NCBI RefSeq assembly: GCF_021869535.1
Contig: NW_026262593.1
Span: 22,692,001 to 22,756,000, forward strand
Direction of reading: 5' to 3'
Origin: Mytilus californianus
Taxonomy: Eukaryota
Length of the DNA: 64,000 bases
Shown here: positions 39,875 to 53,234 of the stretch, one piece after another
Position numbering within the stretch: the stretch's first letter is position 1
Layout: each line of letters begins with the position of its first letter
The notes under the pieces: model-generated
What the model was told of the DNA's origin: nothing
The model's database searches: none
The model's input: the letters and a program-made list of their open reading frames with translations, nothing else
Translations under genes and position numbers: made by a program

Positions 39875-40889
39875 CGAAAGTATATAATTTGTCACATTTT
39901 GATAGAAAGTATTTAAATAATAATTTCAAATAAAAACAGAAGTTAACCTTGTCTAAAACTTGTACATTTTGTCCACATTTACAATGTGGTTATTATGAAA
40001 GAGAGGTTATGCAGACTTTTATTGACTTGTGACGATTTAGAGCTTGACATATCGTATAGACATTGTCGTAGAAACCTTAAAATGTGTGGGTTTTTTTTAT
40101 TTTTAGCACTGCGTTGCTGTCTCATTGACATATCATACCTTACATCTCCTTTTATTAACAAAAATAAGTTTACAAATGCAAGTCAAATGTTTAAATGTTG
40201 TATGTCAAAAGAAAAAAAAAAGAGAGAAATATTATATTTGCACAGCATAAAGCAAATGCTTATACGTTTCCTTTAAAGCTACGTTAAAAAAAGATATAGA
40301 TGTAGTTTACCGTACTAAAACGTTGAAAATGAAAAAAAAAAAAAAAAACTCATGGAAGAATTCCACATAACCATATACATTGTGTAACCCATACTGACGC
40401 ACATAAATTAAAAAAAAAAACAATGTTCAGCAACGTGATTTTTTTTAAAAACACGAAAGTCAAAATCCTGATTCATGTAGTATAGATACCTTTGATATAC
40501 GCAAAATAAGAACAAAAAACCTCTAAAAAATTGTCAGGAAATATGATGACTTGGAACGATGGACCCATTGTGCAGGCGTGTGGTCAGACATGAGTATAAC
40601 ATTACTTCTGTCTTATTATTGTCTCTAGAGTAATACCTTTAAAATTAAATTATAGCAGCGCATGTCAGTATTACGACATATACCAGTAAACTTTTATGTG
40701 AACATCAACAAACGACATAATTAATTTGAAATATCTTAATCCGAGTGTTCTTACTGGACGAAAATGAAATTGTAAATTATATACAATGTTACTGATGAAT
40801 CATGTAAAAAGATTTAAAATGTGCAAATTCATCTATTGTTTTCTATACTAAATGTTGCATCTAAATGATTAAAAATCCTCATAGAGTCG

Positions 40890-41130
40890 ACTTAAGCATA
40901 GAAATATGGCTATCTGGACGTTTCCCTCCGGCGGTAAACCCCATGCTAAAGAAGAGTGTTAGTCATTCTGTGTGGGAGGTATAAATACACAGTCACGTCC
41001 AGTCAGAAAAGGAACTTGGATCAAAAAGCCTCGTATAGGGAGGGTACCATGCTCTCGTCACGTTAAAGAATTCTTACAATTTCTAAGTCAACTTTTGAGG
41101 GGTCCGTACGTGGCTTGTTGAAAGTGAAAA
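40890..41130 (+). mobile_element. SINE-like repeat (Deu/Nin-like central region)
   Basis: Shares gtcc..tcaga..ctcgt..ccatgctct..cacgttaa..gtggc.tgttg with 51290-51420. Confidence 0.45.
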
Positions 41131-41409
41131 TCTCTTCCAGCACCCCATATTTCAGAGGTAGCAGTTTTTATTCAAATCGACCCATTTTGCAGAATCTATC
41201 TATTGTATTGTTAGTTAAATTGTTTCGACCAGAAAAAGCATGAAACATTTGCCACTAGATTTTAAAACAACATTAATCAATCAATTTATTGATAAGAACC
41301 ACTTCCGGTAAACTTTTACACATTGATACATTCCTGTCGTCTGTGTTAAGGAAAGAATTACGTCTGATTGATTAATGACGCTATGATATCAACCATCAAT
41401 AGCTCAATT

Positions 41410-41537
41410 TACGGTGTAGAATTTGGTCTTTGTTGAAGACGGTACGATGACCTATAGTTGTTTACATCTTAGTCCATTAGTCTTTTGACGGATAGTTGTC
41501 TCATTGACAATCATAACACATCTCCTTAATTTATATT
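41410..41537 (+). mobile_element. Family A terminal fragment
   Basis: tgttgaagacggtacgatgacctatag...gttgtctcattgacaatcataacacatctcctta. Confidence 0.65.
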
Positions 41538-41864
41538 ATGAAAAGAACTGGAATTATGATAGAATATTTGAATATGTTAGATGAAATTTAGCACATTCCA
41601 CCTAACAATCCTAATTAGGGTTGTGAGTTTGTAGTAAACAATTTGTCATTTTTCTTGCAGCTGTCAATTTTAGAAATGAGGGAAGAATACGTACAGTATA
41701 AATTCGTACGCTAAAATTAAACCTTTTTCTATGGTCATGTTCCTCAAACGTACCAAATACATCATCTTGATGTTTATTTAGTGTGCGAATGCAACAGTCA
41801 GTTAACACATCAATTATCTAACAAAAAAGATTAGTCCTTTCATGAATGTATATGTATAAAGACA

Positions 41865-42185
41865 GTAAAAGAGGAACGAACGATACCAGAGGGACAGTCA
41901 AACTCACAAATAGAAAACAAACTGACAACGCCATAGCCAAAAATAAAAAGACAAACAGACAAATAATAGTACAGATGACACAACATAGAAAACTAAAGAC
42001 TAAGCAACACGAACCCCACCAAAAACTGGGGGTGATCTCATGTGCTCCGGAAGGGTAAGCAGATCCTGCTCCACATGTGCCACCTGTCGTGTTGCTTATG
42101 TTAATACAAATCCGGTAAATAGTCTAATTCGGTAGGTCACATTCGTGAAAAGGGAAGGGTATTGTAGTTACGACATAAGGAACAT
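41865..42185 (-). mobile_element. Penelope-like family B 3' UTR copy
   Basis: Reverse complement closely matches 9140-9445. Confidence 0.8.
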
Positions 42186-42324
42186 ATAAAAGTGCTTTTT
42201 ATTTTAAATTATTTAATCATATAGAGAAAATCCAAAAGTACATTGTACTTCATGTATATATATATTAATATATTCATATTGAAAAATGTATTTCAAGACA
42301 CCGAGGGGTAATTTTGGTCTAGAT

Positions 42325-42710
42325 ATATGATTTTTTATTAGTTGTTTTTGGCTTTAAACTAGCTGTCAGTAACTGCGAGCACTCTCAGATCTGTACTTCG
42401 TGTCTTTTTGTTGTGGGGATGTATAAGTACCCTGCCACGTCCACTCTGTTTTTGTTAGATGTATTTCTATATGTATCCATCTGATGAGTTAAGACTTTTT
42501 CAACTGATTTTTATAGTTTGTTCTTATGTTGTACTGTTACACCACTGTCCCAGGTTAGGGGAGGGTTAGCGCCTTCAAACTAGTTTAACCTCGCCACATT
42601 CTGTATGTGCCTGTCTCAAGTCAGGAGCCTGTAATTCAGTGGTTGTCGTTTGTTGCTGTGTAGCATATTTGTTTTTCTTTCATTATTTTGCAATCATACC
42701 ATATCTTCTT
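42325..42710 (+). mobile_element. Family A 3' UTR copy
   Basis: Reverse complement of 32230-32560. Confidence 0.8.
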
Positions 42711-43643
42711 ATTTTAATATAAAAGTACATCATTCTACCCGAGAAAATTTACAATGCATGTGCGTATTAAGAAAAGAAATACATTGTTACATGACAACTG
42801 TCCCTGTGGACAGAATTACATCCGTTTTAAGCCGTTAACTAGACTTTAAATGTCACTTCCATGTCTAGGGAAATTAAAAAAGCATTTTGATTTATTTCAT
42901 GAAAACGAAATTGTGTGTTAAATTTGGAATTAAACTATTTCAAGACACTGCGTGGTTACATAAAGTGGTAAAATGCGTTAATATTATGATAGTCCCTGTT
43001 GACAGAACATTTAATCCCAACAATTCTTACGTGTTATTTACATTGCAAGGAGGATACAAAAAAGTACGTAAATACTATATGTTGACTCGTTTCATGGAAG
43101 TGAAATGTCCGTTAACTATAATTAAGTATTGAAGAGACAGCTGTGAATTTGATTAAAGAGTCATTAATATCATCTTGTTTACATCTCGTTTCTGTTTAAC
43201 ATCATTATTATCTAAAAAAATTCTAACTAATATGGTTAAAATTATCTTTTAGAAATATCGAATTCATAAAGATTGGGAATAAAGATTGTAACAAGAAGAC
43301 ACCAACACAATTAATATACTAGATCCCATTATCTTTATGTTTGCGTGAAATGGATGTACAAAGTATAAATAGGCAGCCGGCTTCTTTATTTTAGTCATAA
43401 ATGTTTTCCGCCTGTATATAATTTCCCTTTACGGGCTGTCGATTGCATGCGTTGTCTGTTTAAAGTGCGTTGATAAATTATGTCTCAGTAAACATGGTAA
43501 AATTAGTCATGAGAATGAAAAAAAAAAAATGCTTTTTATAATATGAGATACAATTTGGCACAAAGTTTAATGCATTTAAATTGCAAAGTTTTGTTTGTTG
43601 TCCCATTCTTCTATTTTATGCAAAAATAAATCATACCAATCAT

Positions 43644-43910
43644 TTGATTGATTTATTGATTGATTGATTGGTGTTTAACGCCACTATCAGCAGTATTGTG
43701 CTATTTTGTGGCGGTCAGTTCTTTTTTTTGGTAGAGGCCTGAGTGCCCGGAGAATATCATCGACCTTCGGTAGGAAAACTGATAATCCTATTCAATTTAG
43801 ATTGGAGTCGAGAGCACCTGCCTCGTGCGGGATTCGAATTCACAACCCCAGTGTTGACAGGCTAGTGATAAGTAGTTCGACTGCTTAGACCACTCGGCCA
43901 TCGACCACCC
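43644..43910 (-). mobile_element. tRNA-derived SINE, same family as 1993-2255
   Basis: Reverse complement collinear with 1993-2255, including the A/B boxes and (AATC)n tail. Confidence 0.8.
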
Positions 43911-44669
43911 CCCCCCCCAAAAAAATCATTTGGAGTTCAAAATTTGAAAGGCACTATGTTTTGAATTGCCATATTAACTTAGTAGCAAAATAATTATCAC
44001 ATAGTATAAAAGGATAATTGCAAGAACATTTCTGACTGTTACACAGTATATGGTTGATTAGAAGTTAAAAAGTGTATCGTACAGTCTATATTCTGTCTAT
44101 GGTCACAGTTGTGAGCTTGTAATTTTCTTCCACGAATCATTTAACTCAGTTTGTGATGCTAGACAAAGTGTTGCGGTTTTTAAGCTGTTATTAAAAAAAT
44201 AAGATGTAGAGACAACGTTCCACCAGAGACAATATGATGTAGATGTCAGCAATAAGAAAATCCCATACACATATAAAGCTATAAAAGGCCCCGGATGACT
44301 AATGTAAAACAATTCAAATCAAGTTTAGTGTTTATGGTTAAAAAAGGAATAAATTAAAGACCTTATCATTCTATTTTTCCTATAGTAAATCAGTGGGCAT
44401 CTTCTGAAGTATCTGTTTGCAATACGACATTATTTTTACTATTTAATTGAGAGCAATTATAAGATCGTGACAAAGGCAATAACACATTAAATTGTCTGTT
44501 GAAGTCTAACCGTTCAAAATAGATAAGATGCCAAACAAATTATTTACCAAATTTTTATTACGCTATGAAATTTGCAATTATTCTTAACATCCTACAATGA
44601 AGCAATATTTGCCTTTATTTCTTTCTAATGGCTTTTTTTTTATTAGTCGGTAGACTGCGCATAGAGAGA

Positions 44670-46575
44670 GTTTGACTAGGATTGGCAGTTTACCTGCCGA
44701 TGGTCGGTGGTTCCACGCCTGTCATTCGGTATATCGAGAAAAATGATCGTGAAAGAATACCTAACGGTGGTCAAGCATGCGATCGGATCGTGAATGTAAT
44801 TAATTGTAATTCTACTTCAAAATCTGTGAAAAATCTGCTGTATTTTCAATACGCGGAGCAAATCCGGAAAAAAAATATGTCTGTCAAAATGATTCAACTT
44901 TCTCTATAATAATGTGCAATAAGATAAAGAAAATATGCAGTACTTTATGAGAAAACACAAAAGGCGCAACACAAGTCTATGGGATTCATTAAAAAAACAC
45001 ACATTTTGTACCTATAATGGTCACAATCCAATATATAATGTTATTTTTGAAACTGAATCTTTGGTGTGTCAGATAGTACAGTAAAATAAAAGGTTTTATT
45101 TTCCTTTATACCGTTTATTCTATTTTTGAAAACATTGCATTTTGTTGATTTTTCATCCAAACTGATCGTGAAAGATCGTTCAACGCATTCTATTGATCGT
45201 GAAAGACAACGTGACCACACGGGCGCAGGACGTTTGCTCTGTTTTACCTGTAACACTAAAGGTCATTCCGCTTCAAACACTATGGGCATTTGCGCTTTAG
45301 ACTTTGATGCACCTGTACAAAATTGACAAGAAATTTCGCTTTTTACCTATAACAGTTTACCTGTAATCTTAGAAAATTTACCAAAGTCACGGAATGATAT
45401 ACATACTTTCTTTGAAAGTTCTTCCGAACAAACGACAAAATCAAAAAAATTATTCGGGTAAACCAGACATGTAATAAAAAATATAGTATACGTTTCTAGG
45501 TTTAACGATAGAGAAAACGAAACTTTTATGACTGGAACATTAAAATTTTGACCGAATTCTTCAAATAGCTTTTTAATTAGTGGATTTTAAATTGGAAACT
45601 ACATTCTTTTTGTGTCCATTCTGTCCCATTTCTATACCACACAAACGTCCCACGTCGGACAAGACTTAAGAATCAGAAAACAATATGTTTTTACCAATTG
45701 ATATACATTTGTACTTGCAACTAGTTGAAGCGTGTCATTATTTTAATAAGAACGAACATTACTGCTTTCATTTTTTTCACATTTTTTTTTATTTCAACAC
45801 TTTTCCTTAAAAGTTATTAAAATAACTAAAAACGTGTCTAGATATGTTATCGAAGATTTACAAGATAAGAGGATCTTCAGGAGCGTAAAGTGTGGTAAAG
45901 TAAAAGTAAATATGTATCTATAATGCTTAATGCATCCGCTCTGGAAATATATGCATATGTACGCCTTTTTTTGTAAGGGTTGTTACTTTCAGTTATATAG
46001 TGTGTAGTTGGTGTGTACATTGTATGGCAATATTGGCTAATTTATTGTTTATTTCGTAGCTGCGCTGACATAAACTAAAAAGGTACCAAAATAAGATTAT
46101 TTTACTTGATTGTTTGATCAGTCTGTTCACAATAGCTATACGTCATTGTACCCAACTTAGTGGGGAAATTACCAATCAACATACCTCAATTGTGCATGAT
46201 GCCCAGCTTAAACTGTAATTTAGCCGATTAAGTTCTATTCTCAATCTTAAATTTGTATGAGATACTGATCATAATGTTGAACCATTTTGACAGACAGTTT
46301 TATTTTTTAGTAAATTTTCCGTATAATTCATTAAATTAGATTAGCAGTTGACCTTGCAAATATCTTCTCGATAATATTTCATTCACGATCCTATACCAGA
46401 GCTTTCCCGATCCAATCGCAATACTTGACCACCGTTAGGTATTCTTTCTCGATATACCGAATGACACCCGTGGGTTCTCTCCAGGCACTCCGGTTTCCTC
46501 CACCAATAAAAATTGACCGCCACGAAATAGTCAATAGTACTGAAAAGGGCGTTAAACACCTATCAATCGATTCAG
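44670..46575 (+). mobile_element. SINE copy split by a DNA transposon (left part 44670-44713, right part 46473-46575)
   Basis: ttgactaggattggcagtttacctgccgatggtcggtggttc joins tctccaggcactccggtttcctccaccaataaaaattgaccgccacg...gcgttaaacacc to rebuild the SINE core. Confidence 0.8.
44714..46472. mobile_element. Non-autonomous TIR DNA transposon with CAC...GTG termini and 5-bp TSD (Transib/RAG-like signature)
   Basis: Left end CACGCCTGTCATTCGGTATATCGAGAA...AGAATACCTAACGGTGGTCAAG; right end (reverse complement) CACGGGTGTCATTCGGTATATCGAGAAAGAATACCTAACGGTGGTCAAG. GGTTC is duplicated at 44709-44713 and 46473-46477. No transposase ORF. The superfamily assignment is an inference. Confidence 0.8.
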
Positions 46576-49500
46576 TGATTATCTTATAAAAATGACGTTA
46601 CACGCTATATAAAAACAAACACAGTTTACATAACTATTACAGCCATTCCAGCAGCACGATCTGGAATACTTTTGGAAAAGTTATTTCGAGACCTTCAAGC
46701 TTGCCATTGCTTTTGTTATCGACACTGTTATTTTGCTTAATATTCAGTGGCAAATATTTCACCCATGATCTGTATTTTAATCAGATTTCCCGTCAAATGC
46801 TTTATCATCAAATTAACTACATTCACATAATCACTGAGGAACCTTGATTTGTGCTTATTTTTAACTTTGTGTTCTTTTTATTAACGATCGTGTTTTTTGT
46901 AAATTTGATTTATTGCAATGTGCGATGCAAACGTTTATGCATGCATTTCACTGATATTATGAAAACGTGAAAACATTGAGGAAGATTTTTATGAAGATGA
47001 AAGCATGAACTTTACAAAATCTAATTTGCTTTTTTTATTTTATGCATTATATTTTACACTGTGATAAGGCAATCATTTGTAAGTTTATCTAATTATGTAT
47101 CTTAATTACTAATAGTCAGTACTCCTAATGTCGTAATTCTCATAATGGTTATTAGTGCACGTCTACAGAAACTCATTTAAGAGAATTCAAATTGTAACAT
47201 TTGCCTTATTGCATTAATATAATGGTTTAGATAGAAAATGAAAATTTTAAACTTTAAAAAAGCAAGATTAACAAGGGAAAACATGATAAATATATAAGTC
47301 AAGGTAAACCTAGGACATATGTAGCAAACTGGGGTAAACACTTGTGTTTATATGAAACAATAATTCTTTCGTTTACCCTACAGAATTTACAGCAATGTTT
47401 GATATTTTTCTAATCGATACCCATTTTTACCTACAAAATCAGAAAATCTAAGCACAAATCCATCAAGATTAAGTACATCATAAACACAGAATTAAAGGAA
47501 ATGTTTGAAAATTATATAATTAATTGGAATATGGTGGAAATGAGACGCAACCCAACAACAAAATTAACCAAAAGATATCTGAATCAGAGGCCAACATACA
47601 GTATTTAATAATAGACATGTGTCTATACAATATGGCAAACCTAAAATGGACTCGAGTCTAAAAATAGCTTTCAATATTAAAATGAAACAGAAATTATAAA
47701 AGATCTGCCATCGACACCGAATTTTCAAAATAATAAAAACACTTTCAAAAAGACTGAACACAACAAGTTTACATTATGCACGTAGAGCCACGTTAACATT
47801 TTCCGACTGATTTTTGACATTCAGACTGATTTATCTTGAAAACGAGTTCATGGACCCCTCTTTTTGAAAATTACATTTGGCTTGATTATGTATGAAGATT
47901 ACTTGTGCCAATTTTTTTAAACAAATCACAAATGAAATTGTTTTTAAATTGGATGAATATACAGCAAACAATGCCGTTTTTGACTAAAATCATGAAAATG
48001 TGATGAAAAGAATTATTTCCAAAGAAGTATTATAAAAATTCAAAGCACACTTATTAAGAGAACATATTACAGATGTTTTTACAAAAGTCCGCCTGTGTTT
48101 AATTTTTAAAACAAAAAAGTTAAGTATGTCTTTCCAAAAGATAAAAAAATTTCCAAGAAACCCAAATTTCCAGTATATATCTAAAATTTCGACCCATTTA
48201 TCTCTAAAAGTAGCGCATGAAGGTATATTTTTTATTACATACTTGAATAGACTATGTGAAAAATAAGCTTGTATGCAAACTTTCGTCAAAAATTCTCCGT
48301 TGGATCAAACAGTATCGTATGCCCTTAAGGTCAGGTTAATATGGTCATATCTTTGTGATGCTCCGATTGTATTATATGGATTTAATTTTGAACATTGAGC
48401 TTAGTAAGTGAAATTCCATAAAGACACTTTATTGTGCACCATACATTCCAACGGTTACCAGGAGACTTTTTTTTATTATCTTAACTAATCAAAATGTCAA
48501 TGAAATTAAACAACAAGTCAAAGACAACAAGCAAATTAGAAAAATAGTGAAAACTAAGAATACTTGTATCTTGAAATGTTTATTCTTTCTGATAATACAA
48601 ATACTTCTGTCAATTGTAATCTAAACCAGCGGTAGGTAAACTACACGTTCCATTACACGCAATGGTACCTAGCAACATGGTTTTATTATATGGAAGTAAG
48701 ACAGTAGTAAACAAAAACCTGAAGATAACAATGTGACAATAACAGACAATAAAAGAGAAACAGGCAAAACATGACAACAAAGACAAACTTTGGAAAGACA
48801 ACCAACTGTCATCAAAACACTACACAGAAAGTAATGGACTGAGCAACGCGAACCTCGTGATCAAGGATGACCAATGAAGAGCAGAGTAACACAATGTTAC
48901 TGTGACGCCTTATTAGACCAATCGAAAACAAGCGATTGTACTTAATATTGATTAGTTGTGAAAAAAAAAATGAATAGAAAAGACGAGAAATTTCAATTAT
49001 TGTTTTAAGGAGTAGAACCTAATGAAAAATTTGTAAATAAGTTTTAATCGACTGCAGTTTGCAGTTTTTAAGATATCGGCAATAATTATTTTTGTTCATG
49101 CCTGTTAAACTAAGATAAAATGCATTATTAAAACGCCTGTTGATTAAAGATAATATTTATTTACCAAATTACATAACAAAATTTTCGTTTTTAATTGTTT
49201 ATTTTAATCGAAAGTAGTTAATTAATAAAACATGCGTTGCTCGGTATATATATTCAAACACCTTTTTGTGACAACCATCAATTCACATATCATCTACTCT
49301 ACAGCCAGTTATCATTTAGCCGCCATCTACATTATGAAAATTAATATTTGTTAGTAAGATTGATTAGAGATGGCAATGTTTCCTTCCCCTTGTATAGTAT
49401 AACATAAACTTTGTGACAGCTTAACGCTGTACCACACTTTACTATGGAGCAAAAAAATCAAGTCTTTAGCGAAAGTGAAATTATTAAAACGCGTCAAATC

Positions 49501-51199
49501 ATCCTGTACAAGCGACTTGATTAACACATTTCAAAATGTCACATTTCATTTTTTGACTTACGACAGAGGGATGAAATACATTATCTAAATTAAAAAGATA
49601 TAATTGATGGTAATATGAAAGAAATTGAAATTTTTGAAGTGGAAAGATAAATCCAATACAAACAGAATATTTCATTGCAAAAAAGAGAATGTTTTATGCT
49701 AAAACACACTCATAGATAAATAACGTTAAAAGTCAACGAGGCAGCAAGCACAGTAATAAGAACATGTAAAACGAACAACTCGATAATGGTGTACCGGGTT
49801 TAACGATTTCTTGCATATGAGTTGAAAATTATGCACAGAATATCAGAAAAAAAAACTTTGCAAAGAATTTCCTTACTTAAAATGGATATCGGTTTCTTTA
49901 TCATCTCGTGTTTGCTTAGCTTCATCTGATATTCACGCCATCTTGACTTTATTACTTAACAAAAAAAATGGCTCTTATTATTTGCCTTGTGTGGCTAAGG
50001 TTCTATTGGCTAGAATGATATATAGAATTGGATAGATGTCCCTGACAGGTGAAGATATTAAAGACGGAGTTTAAGGAATTAAATCACAATGTGGATATTC
50101 AAGAACCGATCAAAAGTTATTGCTTCGTGTTGACATAATTTATGATACTGCGAAGCTCTCTGTACCTTTTTAGAAGGGTTGAACTTGTGCACCTTTAGAT
50201 TTGGCCCTGAACTAACAACGAAAGGGATTTTTAAACTCCCTTTTATTATTTTTAATGATACAAATAAAGAGTTGATTCACATCTGACATTTAAATCAAAT
50301 GTGAAAGCTGTTAACAATGTCCAAGCTCTGCAGATAATTCAAAGTATTTTTTGATGCCATCATGATGTCAAAAACCTTTGAACAACAGCTTTGAAGTTAT
50401 TTTGCACTGGTTTTAATGGGAGAAAATTTTAAGTTAGTAATGCTTTTATTCTTTCTGAAAATTGATATACGACTTTTGTTTGTTAAATGTCAACTTTGGA
50501 AGTAACGAACGCGGTTCTTATTTATGCATCACATACATTTTGTTGCCATGCGATGTTAAAAGGTACCGTATCTAGATCAGGACTTAGAATGAGGAGAACC
50601 TATAAAAATTGGTTAAATCCACATCATTTGGACTCTGTTGGATAGTTGTCTCTTTGGCAATCATACCACATCTTTTTAAGTAATATTATTAAGATTTTCC
50701 ATTAAAATCTAATAAACAAAAAAGACGGTAATAATTAGGTTAGTAATTGATGACATAGTTTTTATGGTACCATTAATATTCTTTATTGAAATTTTTAATG
50801 AAGATGTAAGTTTACAAGGAAGCTTTTAAATATTCACAGTGTGAATAATTACATGGATTTAGGTAAATTGTACCAATTTAAGGAAAATAGGTTCAATACC
50901 ACCAGCAAAGAGGTCTATTGATTGAAAGTTCTTACTGCTAATTATTATTTAAACAAGTAAGCCATATGTTTCCTAAAAACTGCTTAAAAAATAATTAAAA
51001 CATATTTATATGTTTATATACATCACTTGTCATATTCCAATATAAACCATACAGTGCACATGCCAGTCACCCACAATAATAATGCTGTGGATCTAAGACA
51101 AAACAAATAACTCATAATAATTTTATTGAACAAATACATTTGTCACGTAAGCCATTGATACACTAATTACATATAATAAATAAGACTCAAAGGTCAACT

Positions 51200-52020
51200 G
51201 GAGGTACTAAAATATGTTCACCTGAACTTTGATTATCCTGCGATAAAACCTTGCTTAAAAGCAGTGTCCGTTCGGGGAGTATAAAAATGTAGCATCGTCC
51301 GTTCTGAATGGGAAAATTAGAATTCAAACTTCGTGCAAGGAAAGTACCACGATCTCTGCACATTAAAAAACACTTAAGTTTGCAACAACTATTCATAGGT
51401 GGCCTGTTGCAAACACAAATTTTGCCCCATGGTAATTATAGTATCGTTTCCCCCGTTAGGTCTAAAGAGGGGCGAAAGATACCAGAGGGATATTCAAACT
51501 CATAAATCGAAAATAAACTGACAACGTCATGGCTAAAAAAGAAACAGACAAACAGACAAACAATAGTACACAAAACACAAAAAAAACTAAGCAACACGAA
51601 CCCCACCAAAACTGGGGGTGATCTCAGGTGCTCCGGAAGGGTAAGCAGATCCTGCTCCACATGTGGCACCCTTCGTGTTGCTCATGTTAGTACAAACCCG
51701 GTTAATAGTCCAATTCGGTAGGTCACATTCGACATGATTCGTGAAAAGGGAACGGGATTGTAGTTACGACATCAGGAACATATCCGCTATCATCTGTGAA
51801 ACGGATATTCCATAACGGTCAACCAACTCGTGATGGCGTCCGGTTAATTTACGAAGGGATGATTTCAACGTCACCATTTGGAACTCTTGGTTTAATAGCT
51901 TCTTTGTGAGCAGCAACCCTCTATCAAGGAAATCATGATAGGAAATACAAGCCCGGGGAGCTAATTTCTCGCCCTTCATCCCTATCGACTAATTTGACAG
52001 AACCTACCTATTGAAATTAT
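51200..52020 (+). mobile_element. SINE-like repeat interrupted by the family B element at 51455-51955
   Basis: Body similar to 40990-41120; acctacctattg tail resumes at ~52000. Confidence 0.45.
51455..51955 (-). mobile_element. Penelope-like family B, 5'-truncated copy nested in a SINE
   Basis: RACISYHDFLDRGLLLTKKLLNQEF..SSLRK..HHELVDRYG, followed by the same 3' UTR as 9145-9450. Confidence 0.85.
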
Positions 52021-52221
52021 TGTTTCTAACATATAGGAAATATTTGTCACAGAATGTTGATTTTAAAAACAATAATCAACCAACCATTAAAATTAATTTT
52101 GGACTAAAAAGAAACCAGTACTGAGGATAACAACAAAGAGAACGACCTTAATTGACTAGTAAACTATTAGTTGATTTTGCTGTTTTGACTTAGATAACTT
52201 TGTTATTGCAGTCACATAAAT

Positions 52222-53234
52222 GAGGGTCTGGATGGCGGATCCTCCATTTCTGTAATCTTTAGGCCATTTTTTATATTCCATATTCTATTTAGTATACGCC
52301 TGTTTATGAGACGTATTATTGTTTACCATTGTCTGTCCCTCTGTCCATCAGTCGTCAACACTTCGGACAATAACTCAAAAACGTTTTCACCATTTTTCAT
52401 GAATATATTTGATGAATTGTTTATATCTATTGATGTAAGCTCTCTTTCGATTTATATAAATTTCACGTTTCCGAGTTATGGGAATTTACTAATAAAAATG
52501 GGTGATTTTCCATTTTACTGACTATTACTCAAAAATGCTTTAAACAATTGTCATAAAACTTGGGTGAATTGTTTATTCATAACATATGACATAAGTTCCC
52601 TTTCCATTTTTAAAAATTTCTGATTTTACGTTTTGGAGTATTGAGACTTTATTCCTAAAAAGGGGGATTTTTCCAGTTTTCTGATAATAACTCAAAAACG
52701 CTTTGAGCAGTTTTCATGGAACTTTGGTAGCTTGTTTAAATCTATTGAAATAAGCTCCCCCTTTTTTTTTAATTTTTATAAATTTCTGATATAACATGGC
52801 AGAGTTTAATGTACGAACTTTATTCGTTGAAAAATCGTCGAAATCTGTCAATTTTTCACACTTTGGACGGTTGTAGAATTTAATTCTTTCCAAAATCGAG
52901 ACCACAAACTTAGTTTAACTTGAGGTAGCCTTGATAGTGCCAAATTATTCATATTTGTGTAAATTGGTAACACAGTATGTGCATTTTTTTTTTGGAGGGG
53001 TCTATTTGAGCGGTGCTCACAGTATTTCTAATTGATCATAGAAATTCATTTAAAGCATAAAGTCGAACTAAAACTGCAACAGGCTTATCATGCGCTCATG
53101 GCGCAACTTTTTATTGCTCATTATTCTACATTCTGTATTTTTCTGTCCTATTTTCTCTATATTTTATATTTTGGGTCCTTTATTCTGCACTTTTGCCCAT
53201 TATTCTCTATTCTGTAAACCCCATCTAGACCCTT
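52222..53234. mobile_element. Same MITE family, interrupted by a HINE
   Basis: GAGGGTCTGGATGG...CCCCATCTAGACCCTT; flanks ATAAAT/ATTAAT (5/6). Confidence 0.7.
52288..53114 (+). mobile_element. Helentron-associated non-autonomous element (HINE/DINE-1/pearl-like)
   Basis: Sub-terminal inverted repeat ATACGCCTGT / ACAGGCTTAT, gtctgtcc microsatellite remnant, three ~155-bp internal repeats (ataactcaaaaacg...), and 3' hairpin TGCGC-TCATG-GCGCA followed by a T-run. Confidence 0.75.

Noticed and set aside
42475-42515. CTGATGAG in the family A 3' UTR (also 32400) as a hammerhead
   Set aside because: Followed by a weak GTT/AAC stem and TGATTTT rather than GAAA; no stem I/III found.
45239-45280. CFTCNTKGH as a retroviral gag zinc knuckle
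   Set aside because: Fourth Cys absent, ORF only 66 aa, no other LTR-element sequence, and it lies inside a TIR element.
47790-48330. Kolobok-like element ending gtatcgtatgccc|TTAA
   Set aside because: Only one terminus found; no matching TIR or TSD.
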